A stretch of 64,000 nt of DNA from NCBI RefSeq assembly GCF_009914755.1, contig NC_060929.1. The stretch is one strand, 5' to 3'. Source of the stretch: the human T2T-CHM13v2.0 reference genome, Homo sapiens. Positions 63,820-64,000 of the stretch are shown in pieces; the first letter of the stretch is position 1; each line of letters opens with the position of its first letter. The position numbers and the translations under genes are program-made. Below the pieces are notes generated by a model. The model saw nothing but the letters and a program-made list of their open reading frames with translations, made no database searches and was not told where the DNA came from.

Positions 63820-64000
63820 GTGAGTGTCTACCTGTTCGAGACAGGTGGCCGAGAAAGTGGGGCAGGGCTGACAATTCTTCCTCCGCAGTGTCCCGCGGGC
63901 TCCCCCTGCACTGGGTCCCCGGGGCCCCGGGCGCCCCAAGGTCACCTGCCCTCCTCAGCGCCCCCACCTTGCCCAAGCTCTCACCAGAACAGCAGGTTGG
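63540..64000. promoter_or_regulatory. Edge of CpG island around RETREG1 exon 1/promoter
   Basis: Sharp rise in GC and CpG density (cgtgcgtccgg, cccgcggg, ccccgggcgcccc) relative to the CpG-depleted remainder. Confidence 0.85.
63985..64000 (-). CDS. RETREG1: RETREG1/FAM134B coding exon 1, 3' end only (continues beyond window)
   Basis: Minus strand CC AAC CTG CTG TTC TG|gtgaga = (A)NLLFW, phase 2 donor; joins exon 2 in frame; lies in CpG island; matches recalled FAM134B sequence VAANLLFWFLALTPW. Confidence 0.93.

Noticed and set aside
63985-64000. NLLFW initially suggested a tetraspanin TM1
   Set aside because: The in-frame join to the downstream exons gives the FAM134B sequence

Overview
This is primate, almost certainly human, genomic DNA: Alu-rich, CpG-depleted and almost entirely intronic. 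It holds the 5' part of RETREG1 (FAM134B, the reticulon-homology-domain ER-phagy receptor) on the minus strand. The last 16 nt of coding exon 1 (63985-64000), exon 2 (19328-19434, 107 nt) and exon 3 (13095-13125, 31 nt) splice with GT-AG junctions into ...[50 protein letters not shown](S), which I recognise from memory as FAM134B. The rest is intron 1 (~44.5 kb), intron 2 (~6.2 kb) and the first 13 kb of intron 3. These are filled with over 20 Alus, L1 3' fragments, MaLR LTRs (MST/THE1/MLT1), MIR/L2 and MER5/MER3 relics. The right end is the edge of the promoter CpG island and carries a plus-strand donor that fits exon 1 of an antisense lncRNA (RETREG1-AS1, recalled rather than checked). Nearly all supplied ORFs are repeat-derived or chance. 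I found no new multi-gene system. The best leads are (i) a well-signalled 20-nt candidate microexon in intron 3 that frameshifts alone but, paired with a 178-nt candidate exon, adds 66 stop-free in-frame codons; (ii) a very strong cryptic acceptor in intron 2; and (iii) an apparent ancient L1 3' transduction bracketed by a 17-bp target-site duplication. Repeat subfamilies and boundaries were called by eye and are approximate.
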